From IMG/VR virus record IMGVR_UViG_3300046837_000274: 64,000 nucleotides of DNA. One strand, 5' to 3'. Under the pieces are notes generated by a model. It saw only the letters and a list, made by a program, of their open reading frames with translations, ran no database searches and had not been told where the DNA came from. Origin of the DNA: a virus. Shown piece after piece: positions 49,703 to 59,298 of this stretch (positions are counted from its first letter, which is position 1; every line of letters begins with the position of its first letter). Position numbers and translations under genes: made by a program.

Positions 49703-50371
49703 TTACGCGCGGCGCGCGCGCACCCAGCCGAGGCCGATTAGTGCCACACCGAGAAGAGCGAGTGATGCTGGCTCGGGAGCGGGAACCGCAGAAGCATCGG
49801 CATCGCCGGTGAAAAAAGCGTTGAACGGCGCGATCGTGCCCGGCCCGCCTGTCGTGTCGATCGACAACGGCGGCGTCAGGCTGGACAGCGCGAGCGTGAA
49901 GGACGACGGCGGTAGCGTCGCCAGCCCGATGTCGGAGGTCAATACCAGCGTGTCCGGCGGGCTGGCGATGTTGACCGATAGCTGATCACCACCGGAGGTT
50001 CCGAACGCAGCGTCGGAGAAGGTTCCGGACAGATAGTTCGTCCCGGCTCCGCCAGCAGCCGAAGTGATTTCGAACGAACCATTGTAGTGCTGAAGGATAC
50101 CGGAGACGCCGACCGGAACGGCGGTGTCGATGCTGTTCGCCGACAGTTGGATGAACGCGCCGGTCGGCGTGACGAGGCCCATCTGAATCTGCGTGATGAT
50201 GATGGGGTCGTTGCTGACCTGAAAGTGCGTGCTCGTCCCCGGCGAAGTCTCGGTCGCGGTCAGGCCGGTGCTCGCGCCGGTTTCCCCGAAGCCGATGATC
50301 TGGATCGCGTGGGCAGGCGCGGTCAGGGCGGTGGCCCCGAGCAGCGCACTGGCGATGAGAAGCTTGCGCAT
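49703..50371 (-). CDS. PEP-CTERM sorting-domain protein (cargo/moron)
   Basis: 222 aa. Signal peptide 'MRKLLIASALLGATALTAPAHA', a Ser/Thr/Gly-rich body, and C-terminal 'VPAPEPASLALLGVALIGLGWVRARRA' (PEP, TM, basic cluster). Confidence 0.75.
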   Translation of the reverse strand: MRKLLIASALLGATALTAPAHAIQIIGFGETGASTGLTATETSPGTSTHFQVSNDPIIITQIQMGLVTPTGAFIQLSANSIDTAVPVGVSGILQHYNGSFEITSAAGGAGTNYLSGTFSDAAFGTSGGDQLSVNIASPPDTLVLTSDIGLATLPPSSFTLALSSLTPPLSIDTTGGPGTIAPFNAFFTGDADASAVPAPEPASLALLGVALIGLGWVRARRA

Positions 50372-50469
50372 CGTGTTCCCCTTTTGCCGGACTATTCCGG
50401 CTGTAGAGTATCGCGCGAGGCGAACGAACGTCGAGACGGTTCAGCACATCCAAAAAACAAGACGTAAAA

Positions 50470-50715
50470 TCACGCAGCCCACACGCGCGGGGGGTTGGCG
50501 AGCACCACAGCGCTCGCGCTGAAGCTTGCGGGCTGCTCGCCCATGAAGGCTGCCATGACGAAGTAGCCGTCCGGCTCGCCCGCGATGGGTCCCAGCGGGT
50601 CCAGGCTCACGGTGGGCGGCGTCGCTAGCACTCCGTGCTGTATCCACCCCTCGCTCTCGCAAGCGGCGTGGAACGCGGCCTCATCGGCGAAGCGGTGGTA
50701 GCTGTATTTCCACAT
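50470..50715 (-). CDS. hypothetical protein
   Basis: Start reset to ATG 50715. 81 aa, 'MWKYSYHRFADEAAFHAACESEGW'. Confidence 0.4.
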   Translation of the reverse strand: MWKYSYHRFADEAAFHAACESEGWIQHGVLATPPTVSLDPLGPIAGEPDGYFVMAAFMGEQPASFSASAVVLANPPRVWAA

Positions 50716-50726
50716 GGCGCGCGTCC

Positions 50727-51977
50727 TCAGGTCGTCAGCTTGATCAGTTGAGCATTCGTCAGCTTGCGCGGAAAGTAGGCGAAGCGGCGAATCGCGATCT
50801 CGGCCAAGACGTTTTGATTGAACGGCTGCCCGCCGACCACGATGCGCGCTGGCGCGGCTGGCCATGCAGCAGGGATCGAAGATTGAACGACCGGTCTGCC
50901 GTTTACGCAGAACGCCGCCACATCCCCCTGTTTGTAGGCGAAAGCCGCGCGGATCGGCGTCTCAAAGCCGATGCCGCTGGTGGTGTCTTGCGCGAGGGCG
51001 ACCTGCACGCCCCCCGCGACGATGGTGCCGAAGATATTCGAAGCTCCCCCATCGAGCCTGACGGAGTGCCGTAGCGAGATGTAATCGTTGATCGTGTTGC
51101 CCGACCCTCCGGTCCAGCCCGCCTGTCCGCTGGCAACCGGCACCGTGTAGTGCACGAAGAACGTGCCTTGGTTCGGATCGAAGTTCGCATCCGGAAGGAT
51201 GAATTGCGAAATCTCATTGGCGCGCGATCCCTGCGCCGCAGCCGTCTGAATGTAGGCTGGCGTCCGACCGTAAAAGGCTCCGGTCACCCCATGGGAAAGG
51301 CTTGCGCCCCAGGCCATCACGGCATCGTTGGTGGCGGTGCTGGCGTTGTTCGCCGAAGCCGGCTGGAATGCCGCCGTGAAGTTCGTGCTGGCGTTGGTGC
51401 TGACGCTCATGGTGCAGCGGAACCATCCGCCCGGCCACGCCTCTATTGCCGCGCCGGAGAAGACGCAGGAGCCACCGCCAGGGGTGTTCCCGCCGACCAC
51501 GCCCTGGTTCAAGTCGAACCACACGGCGCAGGGATTGACGCCGTTGCTAAGTGTTAGACTGACGAACTGGCTGGCGCTCTTCCGTGCGAAGAGGGAGTAT
51601 TGGATCAGGTCATTGGCGGTGATGGTGAACGCCTGGGAGACGCTGCCGCCAGCTCCGGTCGCCATGATCTGGCTGCCGGTATTGTTGCCATCTGGCGCGG
51701 TCGCCATGGCTGCGGTCACGCTGGCGCTGGTCTTGGTCCAGACCGCGTTCGTGAAGTCTTCCGACCACAGCAGGTAGTTGGTCGATTGCGACCCGATCTG
51801 CCAGCCCAGAGGCTGGCCGTTCGACGGCTGATAACCGAAGCGCGGGTTACCCGCCGAGCGCGTGCGGATGATGCCATTGCGGTCGCAATACGTTGCCGCG
51901 CTTGCGCGCGTGAACGATTGCCTCGGATCGAGCGAGCCGGCGCTGTAGTCGAAATAGATCGAGGGGCGCAGCAGCAT
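50727..51977 (-). CDS. tail fibre / receptor-binding protein paralog 3 (lectin/CBM-like core)
   Basis: 416 aa. Shares N-terminal 'LRPS..F.....LDPR..F.RAS', 'LLWSEDFTNAVWTKT...APDGN', 'GGWFRC' and C-terminal 'RRFAYFPRKL' with its two upstream paralogs. Confidence 0.65.
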   Translation of the reverse strand: MLLRPSIYFDYSAGSLDPRQSFTRASAATYCDRNGIIRTRSAGNPRFGYQPSNGQPLGWQIGSQSTNYLLWSEDFTNAVWTKTSASVTAAMATAPDGNNTGSQIMATGAGGSVSQAFTITANDLIQYSLFARKSASQFVSLTLSNGVNPCAVWFDLNQGVVGGNTPGGGSCVFSGAAIEAWPGGWFRCTMSVSTNASTNFTAAFQPASANNASTATNDAVMAWGASLSHGVTGAFYGRTPAYIQTAAAQGSRANEISQFILPDANFDPNQGTFFVHYTVPVASGQAGWTGGSGNTINDYISLRHSVRLDGGASNIFGTIVAGGVQVALAQDTTSGIGFETPIRAAFAYKQGDVAAFCVNGRPVVQSSIPAAWPAAPARIVVGGQPFNQNVLAEIAIRRFAYFPRKLTNAQLIKLTT

Positions 51978-51981
51978 GGGA

Positions 51982-53274
51982 TCACGCCGTCAGTTGTTGC
52001 ATTTGATCCGCCGAGAGGTAGCGCGGGAAGTAGGAGAAGCGGCGGGTCAACAGCGAGGAAACTGCGCTTGCCACCGTCCATGCGGCAAACAATTCGAACG
52101 TGAAATTTAATGGCAGCGGCGGCATCGCGGCCGGGATCGACGCAGCGCTCGTGACCGCACCTCCGTTCACCGACTGCCTGAGGAGATCCGTGCGGCTGTA
52201 GCTGGCCGCGACCTTGACCGGCGTGCCGAAGGCGAACGATGGAAACGCCGACGCAACCCCCTGACTGGCACCTCCCGCCCAAAGCTGCGTCTGCACCGCG
52301 AGCGCCATCGCCCCAAGGGCGGGGTATCCAATGGTCAGGCCGGTCAGGCAATAATCGCTGCCAGTATTGCTGCTAACAAAGCCGAAACCCGGACCATACC
52401 AAGAGGTCCATGATCCAGGCGGCACGATGAAGTCGACGAAATAGGTTCCCTCGTTCGGGTTGAAGGCGCTGGCGTCGATCTTGGAGTAGGGCAGAACGGC
52501 ATTGTCGGCGGCCCGCGTCACCGCAGCCGAGGTCGTGCCGACGTAGCTGCTCTGCCGCGAGATGTTGGGATTGGTCCCCTCCGCAGACAGCATCGCCCCC
52601 CAGGCATTGACGGCATTGCCAGCCGCAGGGGCCGCACCGTCTGCCGCACATGGCGATAGCGAGGCTGTCACCGTGGTGATGGTCGATCCCATCGCCTGCA
52701 CGCCGCAGCGATACCAGCCGCCGCCCCATGCTTCGATGGATGATGCCTGGAAGACCAGCGTTCCCGCGCCGGGCAGGTTTGATCCGGTCACACCGGTGGC
52801 GAGGTTGAACCACGCCGAGACGAGGTTGGTGCCATCGTTCAGTGAAAGCGAGACGAAGTTGCTGGCCCCGGCGCGCGCGAACACCGAGTAAGCCACCCCG
52901 TTGTTCGCGGGCACAGAGACTGCCTGCGACACCGCCGATGTGGCATCGATGGCGGTCACCAGATCGGCAGTCGCATTCCCGTCCGGCGCGGTTGAAGTGT
53001 TGGCCGTAACCGTGCTGCCGGTCTTCGTCCATGCCGCATTGTCGAACGCTTCCGACCAGAGCAGGAGGTTGGTGGCGGCGGCCTCCAGCATCAGCCCCAG
53101 CGGCGAGCCATCGGTCGGGTTGTTCCAGAATCTGGGCGTGCTCGCCGGGCGGTAGCGCAGCACTCCAAGCTTATCGGCGTAGCATCCGGCCGAGGCACGG
53201 CTGAATGTCACTCGCGGATCGAGCGTCTGGCTATCGGCGAAGTTGAGAAACAGGGAGGGGCGGATCAGAGCCAT
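51982..53274 (-). CDS. tail fibre / receptor-binding protein paralog 2
   Basis: 430 aa. 'LLWSEAFDNAAWTKTGSTVTANTSTAPDGNATAD', 'GGGWYRC', 'RRFSYFPRYL'. Confidence 0.65.
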   Translation of the reverse strand: MALIRPSLFLNFADSQTLDPRVTFSRASAGCYADKLGVLRYRPASTPRFWNNPTDGSPLGLMLEAAATNLLLWSEAFDNAAWTKTGSTVTANTSTAPDGNATADLVTAIDATSAVSQAVSVPANNGVAYSVFARAGASNFVSLSLNDGTNLVSAWFNLATGVTGSNLPGAGTLVFQASSIEAWGGGWYRCGVQAMGSTITTVTASLSPCAADGAAPAAGNAVNAWGAMLSAEGTNPNISRQSSYVGTTSAAVTRAADNAVLPYSKIDASAFNPNEGTYFVDFIVPPGSWTSWYGPGFGFVSSNTGSDYCLTGLTIGYPALGAMALAVQTQLWAGGASQGVASAFPSFAFGTPVKVAASYSRTDLLRQSVNGGAVTSAASIPAAMPPLPLNFTFELFAAWTVASAVSSLLTRRFSYFPRYLSADQMQQLTA

Positions 53275-53278
53275 CGCG

Positions 53279-54541
53279 TCACGCCGTCAGCTTTTGCATC
53301 TCGGTGTCCGCCAGCATCCGCGAGTAGTAGGCGAACCGGCGTGTCATCGTCGGGATCGCCGCCTGACCTTGGGCTGTTGAATTCCATTGGAACGATGTCG
53401 GCAGGCTCCCGCTCCACGGCCAGGATGTCGAAGGGATCGCTGCGCGAACAAGCGACCTGCCGTTGACGCAAAGCCCTGCGAGCGCGTTAGAGCCTGCCCG
53501 AAACGCCACTTTGACCGGCTGCTCCGGGGCGTAGGCCACCGTGTCGGAAATCACCGTCTGCGCGGACCCCAGGTAGATCACGCTGCCGAACAGCGAGAGG
53601 TTGGTCCCAGCCGTGGTGATGCTGAGCGTCGTTGCATACGTGGCAGAATTGCTCGCCCCGGCGATCGGTTGGTTGCTGGCGTTCACCCCAGGCGGCAGCA
53701 TGAAATCGAGAAAATAGGTTCCCTCGTTCTGGTAGAACAGCGCCGGATCGAGCGCCGCGTAAGGCAGGCTGCAAGTCTCGGGCGAGCGCGTCACCGCAGC
53801 GGATGTGGTCGCGATGTAGCTGGTGACTCGGTTGCTCGCAGCCGAGTTTCCTTCCTGCGACAGCATCGCGCCCCAGAAGAGCGCCGAGCTTCCGCTTACC
53901 GCCGCTCCACCGCTCTGCATGCACGGTGCGAACGCAGCGGTCAGGCTGGTGATGGTCGTGGTGTTCACCAGCACCGAGCAGCGATACCAGCCGTTGCCCC
54001 ATTTGCGGATCGCTGCCGATTGCAAAATCAGGTTGCCCGATCCGGCTCCGCTCAGGCCGATGGTGCCGGTCGCGATGTTGAACCAGACCGGCACTGTCAG
54101 CGCGCCGGAAGTCAGCGCCAGCGAGACGTAGGGCGAGGACGAGTTGACTTTCGCGAACACCGAAAACGCCACGCACTGCCCGGCGGTGATCGCCACCGCC
54201 TGCGCCACGTTCGCGGTGATGTCGGTTGCCGTGATCGCATCGGCTGTGGTGTTTCCGTCCGGAGCCACCCCGGCGTTTACGGTGACCGTGCTGGCAGTCT
54301 TGACCCACGCGGCATTGTCGAACCCCTCGGACCATAGGAGCGAGTTGGTCGAACCGCTTTCCGTCAGCAGCCCTGACGCTTCGGCGGTATCGGAGTTGTG
54401 CCAGAAGCGGGGAGCGCCAGCAGGCCGGTAGCTGAGTGCCCCAACGCGGTTGGAATGGGAACCGATCGAAGCGCGCGCAAAAGTAAGGCGCGGATCGTAG
54501 TAGCCGTTGGTGAAGTCGAAGGCGAAGGATGGGCGCAGCAT
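53279..54541 (-). CDS. tail fibre / receptor-binding protein paralog 1
   Basis: Start reset to ATG 54541 ('MLRPSFAFDF' aligns with the paralogs). 420 aa. 'LLWSEGFDNAAWVKTASTVTVNAGVAPDGNTTAD', 'GNGWYRC'. Confidence 0.65.
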   Translation of the reverse strand: MLRPSFAFDFTNGYYDPRLTFARASIGSHSNRVGALSYRPAGAPRFWHNSDTAEASGLLTESGSTNSLLWSEGFDNAAWVKTASTVTVNAGVAPDGNTTADAITATDITANVAQAVAITAGQCVAFSVFAKVNSSSPYVSLALTSGALTVPVWFNIATGTIGLSGAGSGNLILQSAAIRKWGNGWYRCSVLVNTTTITSLTAAFAPCMQSGGAAVSGSSALFWGAMLSQEGNSAASNRVTSYIATTSAAVTRSPETCSLPYAALDPALFYQNEGTYFLDFMLPPGVNASNQPIAGASNSATYATTLSITTAGTNLSLFGSVIYLGSAQTVISDTVAYAPEQPVKVAFRAGSNALAGLCVNGRSLVRAAIPSTSWPWSGSLPTSFQWNSTAQGQAAIPTMTRRFAYYSRMLADTEMQKLTA

Positions 54542-54648
54542 CAGGGCGTGACCAGAGACCAGCCGTGCAGCCGCCCCCACGCGTAGAGCGCGAACAGCAG
54601 GCAGGCGACCGCCAGCCCCCAGCACGTCCAGAAGGTCCGGTCCATCAT
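54541..54648 (-). CDS. 35-aa single-TM peptide (not in ORF track as such)
   Basis: ATG 54648 (ATGA with the upstream stop). Its stop shares one base with the next ATG. Sequence: MMDRTFWTCWGLAVACLLFALYAWGRLHGWSLVTP. Confidence 0.35.
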   Translation of the reverse strand: MMDRTFWTCWGLAVACLLFALYAWGRLHGWSLVTP

Positions 54649-54896
54649 TCTACTGTCGGCGACCCTTCCTCGGTCGGCTGTTCCTCTTCCGCTGCTTTGC
54701 CGAGTTTGATCGGCGGCCCCTGATAAGCGACCGTGATGGTATAGGTGCCATCGTTTAGAACGATGATGACCTTGTCTGGATCGGTTTGATATTGCGGCTC
54801 GCCTTTGCCCATCAACGTGAAGATGTTGCCGTGCATCTGACAGCCGGTGACGATCATGTTGAGCAGCGTCGCGGTCAGTGTGGGGTCTTCGGCCAT
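54645..54896 (-). CDS. hypothetical protein
   Basis: 83-aa ORF after the large fibre gene. Confidence 0.45.
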   Translation of the reverse strand: MAEDPTLTATLLNMIVTGCQMHGNIFTLMGKGEPQYQTDPDKVIIVLNDGTYTITVAYQGPPIKLGKAAEEEQPTEEGSPTVE

Positions 54897-54907
54897 GTTC
54901 GGCTCCT

Positions 54908-57900
54908 TCAGAGGTCGGCGGTGAGCGTGAGCGTCTGATTGGCAGCGGCGGTCTGCGCAACGGTTATCAGCGCCGCCGATCCGTTCGTGATGGCAAAGCC
55001 CGCGCCGCCTCCCGCGACCGTGGGGGTTGTGCGCATCGTCGTGGGTAGCACAAGGTTGTCAGGAGAGGCTAACGCGGGCACGTAGGCCGCGAACGCCGTA
55101 TAGAACCGCTGGCAGTTCGAGAGATCGTAGCGCGGGTCCGGCTTTTCCAGCGGCGTTGCTGCACCGAACTCGACCTGCACGCCCCAAATTTGCACCGTGC
55201 CGGTCTGCACGCCGATGGAGCCGTCGCGGGTATTCAAGTTTGTCCCGCCGGAAAACCAGATGTTGCAAACCGTGTGGTCGTTGTTGTTGGTTCCGAGCGT
55301 CTTGCCGGCTGCGCTGGCAATGTTGAAAGATAGGCTAACGAAGGTCCAGGTCGTGCTGAGTGCCGCCGACGCTTTGCCGGTCCCCACTATGGTTGCGGAC
55401 GGCGAGCCGCCGGTGCCCCAGTTCTGGTCGAGCGAGACGCCGAGCTTTGGCGTGCCGACCGATGCCTTGGCCCAGAAGGAGACGTTGACCACCTTGCCCG
55501 CGAGCCTGCGCACACCCTCGATCTTCTGCACGATGGAATGGAACGAGGTCACGGCGGCATCGCCGGTAAAGACGTCTTGCAGCATCCACGTTCCGGCCTC
55601 GTCGCCCACCCCGGTGCGGTCGGCATCGGCCATCGCCACCAGCGAGATGCTGGCCGCATCGACGACGAGGCTAAGCGCCCAGCGGTCGGCGGTGTAATTC
55701 AAGTTCGCCGTCCACGGTCCCACCCCGCGCTGCTGGATGTTGAAGAGCGGATTGTGGAGCAGGTTCCGCCCGAGCGTCGGCGGCTCGTTGCTCTGCACAA
55801 AGGCGGTGGTAGCGACGGCGGTCGAGTTGCTGTTGGCCGCTGGGGTGGTGGCCGTTGCTGCACCGAGCGTCGCCGTGCCCGCGTTCATCGTCAGGCCCAA
55901 CGAATTGATGCTGACGATGTCGGTCGTGCCCTGCACGAAAACATGCTGGCTCGCTGAAACGTAGTTGAGCCGCTGACCAGTTGACGTGACGTTCAGGCCG
56001 TAGGTGGTGCTGAATAATTGCAGATGCCGCGAGAGGTCGGTCGTGCTTGACGCCGCCACGGTGCCGAACGAAGCGCCAATGCTGAACGTCGCCAGATTAT
56101 AAGCAATATCGAGGCGCGGGCTGATCGCTGTCGTGCCGTCGTTATAGGCTGGCATCCCGGCGAAGCGCAGCGTCGGGGTATTCGTTCCGTTTGCCGCGCA
56201 AAGAATGCCCGCGTAGAGGGTGCCGGTATTGTCGGTCATCGCGATGGCAGGATTATTGCCAGCGGGAGTCGTCGTGATAAGAAGCTGCCTGCCTTGGTTA
56301 GATGAACTCCATCCCCCTCCCGCGCCACTGCGCGTGTTGATCGTCAGGCCCGGCCCCAGCGTGTTGGTGCTGATCAGCATCGGCCCGCTGATCGTGTCGC
56401 CCGCCTTGATGACCCGGCTGGTGTCGCTTGGATGCACATGATCGGCGTGCGCCCAGGTCGGGTCTGTTCCCGCCGCAGCCACACTGTCCATGATCGGCGT
56501 CAGCGTCGCTCCCGGCAACACCGCCACCACGTCGCCGTTGCTCAGCGACACTGCTCCCGTTCGGGTGTTGAACGAGACGACCCCTGCAGCCGCAGCCGCA
56601 GCGACGAACGCCGTGGTGGCCACCTGGGTTGAGGACGTCCCTGGCGCGGCTGTGGGCGCGGTAGGCAGGCCGATCAGGGCGGGGCTGCTCAGTGTCCCCC
56701 CGCTGATCGTCCCGGTCAGGGTCAGCGTCCCAGCCTGCGTGCCGCCCGTGACGGTGGCGCTGTTGGCGATGCTCCCGCTGAACGTCCCGCCCGAGATTGT
56801 CCCGCCGGTCAGCGTCCCGCCGCTCGCCGCCAGACGGCTGGTGTCCGAAGGATGCACATGATCGGCGCGCGCGTAGGTGGTCAGCGTTCCAATCGCAGCC
56901 ACGCTGTCCATGATCGGCGTCGTCACTGAAACAGCAGGCACCGAGAGCAGCGCCTGCGCCTGCGCTACCGTGAGGTCGATGGGGGCAGCAGCGCCTGCGG
57001 TGTTGTTCCCTTTGATCGTGCTCGCGGCCATGTTGGCCTGCATGGCGTTCGTCACGCCTCCGGTCGCTACGGAGAGGGTCACCGTTCCCGATACCCCGCC
57101 TCCGGTCAGGCCAGCGCCCGCAGTGACCCCGGTGATGCTGCCGACGCCGTAGCCGAGCGATCTGACGAACGCGGTGGTGGCGATGTTGGTCGAGTTGTCA
57201 GCGGTGCCGGGCGTCGGCGCTGTCGGGGTGCCGCTGAAGGCGGGGCTGGCAAGCAACGCGCCACCGACACCGGTCACGTCCGCAGCGGCCAGGGTCACTG
57301 CACCGACGCGGGTGTTGAACGAAACCACCGAAGCCGCAACGGCGGTGCCGACCGCGCTGCCAACGAAAGCGGTGGTCGCCAGCTTCGTCGAGCTATCGCC
57401 TGGACTTTGCGTGACCGCCGTCGCGACACCGCTCAGGGTTGCCGTCCCGCTGAAGGTGACATTGCCGGTAAACGTCCCACCTGCCGCCGTCATGATCCGC
57501 CACCAGGGGGACCAGACCGCGTTGTTAGAGTTGCGATACCAGATCGCCGCATCGCTTGTAGTGTTGGACGGCGGGCCGAACAGCAGTTGGTTCGACCAGT
57601 TCGCGTTCGTGTTCGACCCGGTAAGGATAAAGCCGGTCTGCGAGAAGATGTCGCTCGGCCAGTTCACCCCCGCCGTTTGATTTGTTGTCGTGTAAAAGGT
57701 CGGGCTGGCGGTCGGAATGCTGTTGAGGTCGAAGTGAACGTCGGTATTGATCCGCGAGTATGTTAGAGGGGCTACATCGACATATTGCTTGGTCGCGGCG
57801 TGCAGCGCTGCGGTCGGGTCTTGCGCCAGCGTGAGCGTCTTCGTCGCCGCCATCGCCAGCCCAGTGGTGCTGATGGTGGCAGTATCAACCGTGCCGAGGA

Positions 57901-58723
57901 CGAACACATGCGAAGCGGCGCTGCCAGCGACGTAGTTGAGACGGCTGGTGGTGACGCTGAAACCGTAGATCGTGCTGTAAAGCGCGATGTGCTTGGAAAG
58001 ATCGGTCGAGCCTGCCCCGATCACGCTGCCGAAGCTCGCGCCGTTCAGCGCGGTCGTCCCCGCCACCGTCAGCGGCCCTCCGAGCGCCGTCGCTCCGGTT
58101 GCGCGGGTGAATGTGACTACATTGAACAGGAACGACCCGGCGTCGTTGTATGCGTCCAAGCCAAAGTTTGAACCAACATTCGCGCCTGTTTCAGCCGTAG
58201 TGTCGCCGAATTTCAGGTCCCAGCGGATCGACCCGCTAGTGAGCGAGCGAATAACAGCGGAATGCCCTGCGGCGCGGTTGAACCAGAGCGGGGCATTAGC
58301 GCCCGCTGCCACCCGGTCAATAGTGATCCCGTTGGCTGCTACTGTTGGCGCGCCAGGGGATATGGTGGCATCACCGACGACCAGAGGTCCCGTCATGACC
58401 ACGCTGCTCGTCACCGTCACCGGCCCGGTGAGAATGCCGCCCGTGATCGGCAGCACTTGCGACCACGCGGCGTTCAATCTGCCGTAGGTCTTGCCATCGC
58501 TGGGTGCGTCGCTGATCCCGCCGCTGCCGCTCGCGAGATGCTGCCACACCGCCGCTCCGGTCGTCGCGTTAGAACAGATATACCAAGCGTCGGCAGTCTG
58601 ATCGTGCCAGCGGTTGCCCTCGCGCGCGCCACACGTGCTGACATCGTCGGTGGCGGTCGGCGGGCCGGCGGCGAGGAATACGACCTCGCTGCCGCCCATG
58701 GTGGTGGGGTAGTTGGTGGTCAC
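54908..58723 (-). CDS. large tail fibre / host-specificity protein
   Basis: 1271 aa. 'ATTAFV' motif four times, 'IMDSVAA.G....A.ADHVHPSDTSR' twice, a Gly/Thr/Ser-rich beta-repeat body, and a C-terminal lectin-like 'NLLHNPLFNIQQRG...ADRWAL' domain. Confidence 0.8.
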   Translation of the reverse strand: MTTNYPTTMGGSEVVFLAAGPPTATDDVSTCGAREGNRWHDQTADAWYICSNATTGAAVWQHLASGSGGISDAPSDGKTYGRLNAAWSQVLPITGGILTGPVTVTSSVVMTGPLVVGDATISPGAPTVAANGITIDRVAAGANAPLWFNRAAGHSAVIRSLTSGSIRWDLKFGDTTAETGANVGSNFGLDAYNDAGSFLFNVVTFTRATGATALGGPLTVAGTTALNGASFGSVIGAGSTDLSKHIALYSTIYGFSVTTSRLNYVAGSAASHVFVLGTVDTATISTTGLAMAATKTLTLAQDPTAALHAATKQYVDVAPLTYSRINTDVHFDLNSIPTASPTFYTTTNQTAGVNWPSDIFSQTGFILTGSNTNANWSNQLLFGPPSNTTSDAAIWYRNSNNAVWSPWWRIMTAAGGTFTGNVTFSGTATLSGVATAVTQSPGDSSTKLATTAFVGSAVGTAVAASVVSFNTRVGAVTLAAADVTGVGGALLASPAFSGTPTAPTPGTADNSTNIATTAFVRSLGYGVGSITGVTAGAGLTGGGVSGTVTLSVATGGVTNAMQANMAASTIKGNNTAGAAAPIDLTVAQAQALLSVPAVSVTTPIMDSVAAIGTLTTYARADHVHPSDTSRLAASGGTLTGGTISGGTFSGSIANSATVTGGTQAGTLTLTGTISGGTLSSPALIGLPTAPTAAPGTSSTQVATTAFVAAAAAAGVVSFNTRTGAVSLSNGDVVAVLPGATLTPIMDSVAAAGTDPTWAHADHVHPSDTSRVIKAGDTISGPMLISTNTLGPGLTINTRSGAGGGWSSSNQGRQLLITTTPAGNNPAIAMTDNTGTLYAGILCAANGTNTPTLRFAGMPAYNDGTTAISPRLDIAYNLATFSIGASFGTVAASSTTDLSRHLQLFSTTYGLNVTSTGQRLNYVSASQHVFVQGTTDIVSINSLGLTMNAGTATLGAATATTPAANSNSTAVATTAFVQSNEPPTLGRNLLHNPLFNIQQRGVGPWTANLNYTADRWALSLVVDAASISLVAMADADRTGVGDEAGTWMLQDVFTGDAAVTSFHSIVQKIEGVRRLAGKVVNVSFWAKASVGTPKLGVSLDQNWGTGGSPSATIVGTGKASAALSTTWTFVSLSFNIASAAGKTLGTNNNDHTVCNIWFSGGTNLNTRDGSIGVQTGTVQIWGVQVEFGAATPLEKPDPRYDLSNCQRFYTAFAAYVPALASPDNLVLPTTMRTTPTVAGGGAGFAITNGSAALITVAQTAAANQTLTLTADL

Positions 58724-58725
58724 GG

Positions 58726-59298
58726 TCAGGCGTGCTCAAAGCCAGCGCCGCTGCGCACGATGTAGCCGCTGCTCGCCGTCGCCACCGTCAGGTTCGCCGC
58801 CACCCCATCGATGGTGTCCGCACCGGTGCGCGCGAGCGTGAGGTTGGCACCGCTCCGGTTCTTGTAGCGAACGAACCAGTTCCACGGCACGTCGGTCGAG
58901 AGCGGAAGCGTCCACGTCAGGGTGCCGGTGGTTGCCACGAGCAGGCTGCCCCGGTCCTGGCTGACCATTTGATAAGCCGCGCTCAGCAGCGTGACCTGAA
59001 TGCCGAGGACCGTGTCAGCGTCGAGGAAGGCAGCACTCCCCAGGAAGGCCGCGAGCGGCACCCGGTCCGGGTCCGGCACGCCGATGCCCTGGGTGCCGCC
59101 TGGACCGAGCGCCACCATCGAAGCCAGCGAGGCCGCCGCAAGCTGCGCTTGGTGGATAGCATCGGTGTCGGCGGCAACCGCTTCGCCAACAACATTTGAA
59201 ACGTCATTCAGGTCCGGCACGAACACCGTCCGGTGCCCGCCGTTGGCATAGTCGTTGTAGACGCGCAGCGCCAGCCGCGCCCGTGCATCCGCACTCAT
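58726..59298 (-). CDS. tail-module protein, hypothetical
   Basis: Start reset to ATG 59298 (ATGA overlap). 190 aa. Confidence 0.45.
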   Translation of the reverse strand: MSADARARLALRVYNDYANGGHRTVFVPDLNDVSNVVGEAVAADTDAIHQAQLAAASLASMVALGPGGTQGIGVPDPDRVPLAAFLGSAAFLDADTVLGIQVTLLSAAYQMVSQDRGSLLVATTGTLTWTLPLSTDVPWNWFVRYKNRSGANLTLARTGADTIDGVAANLTVATASSGYIVRSGAGFEHA

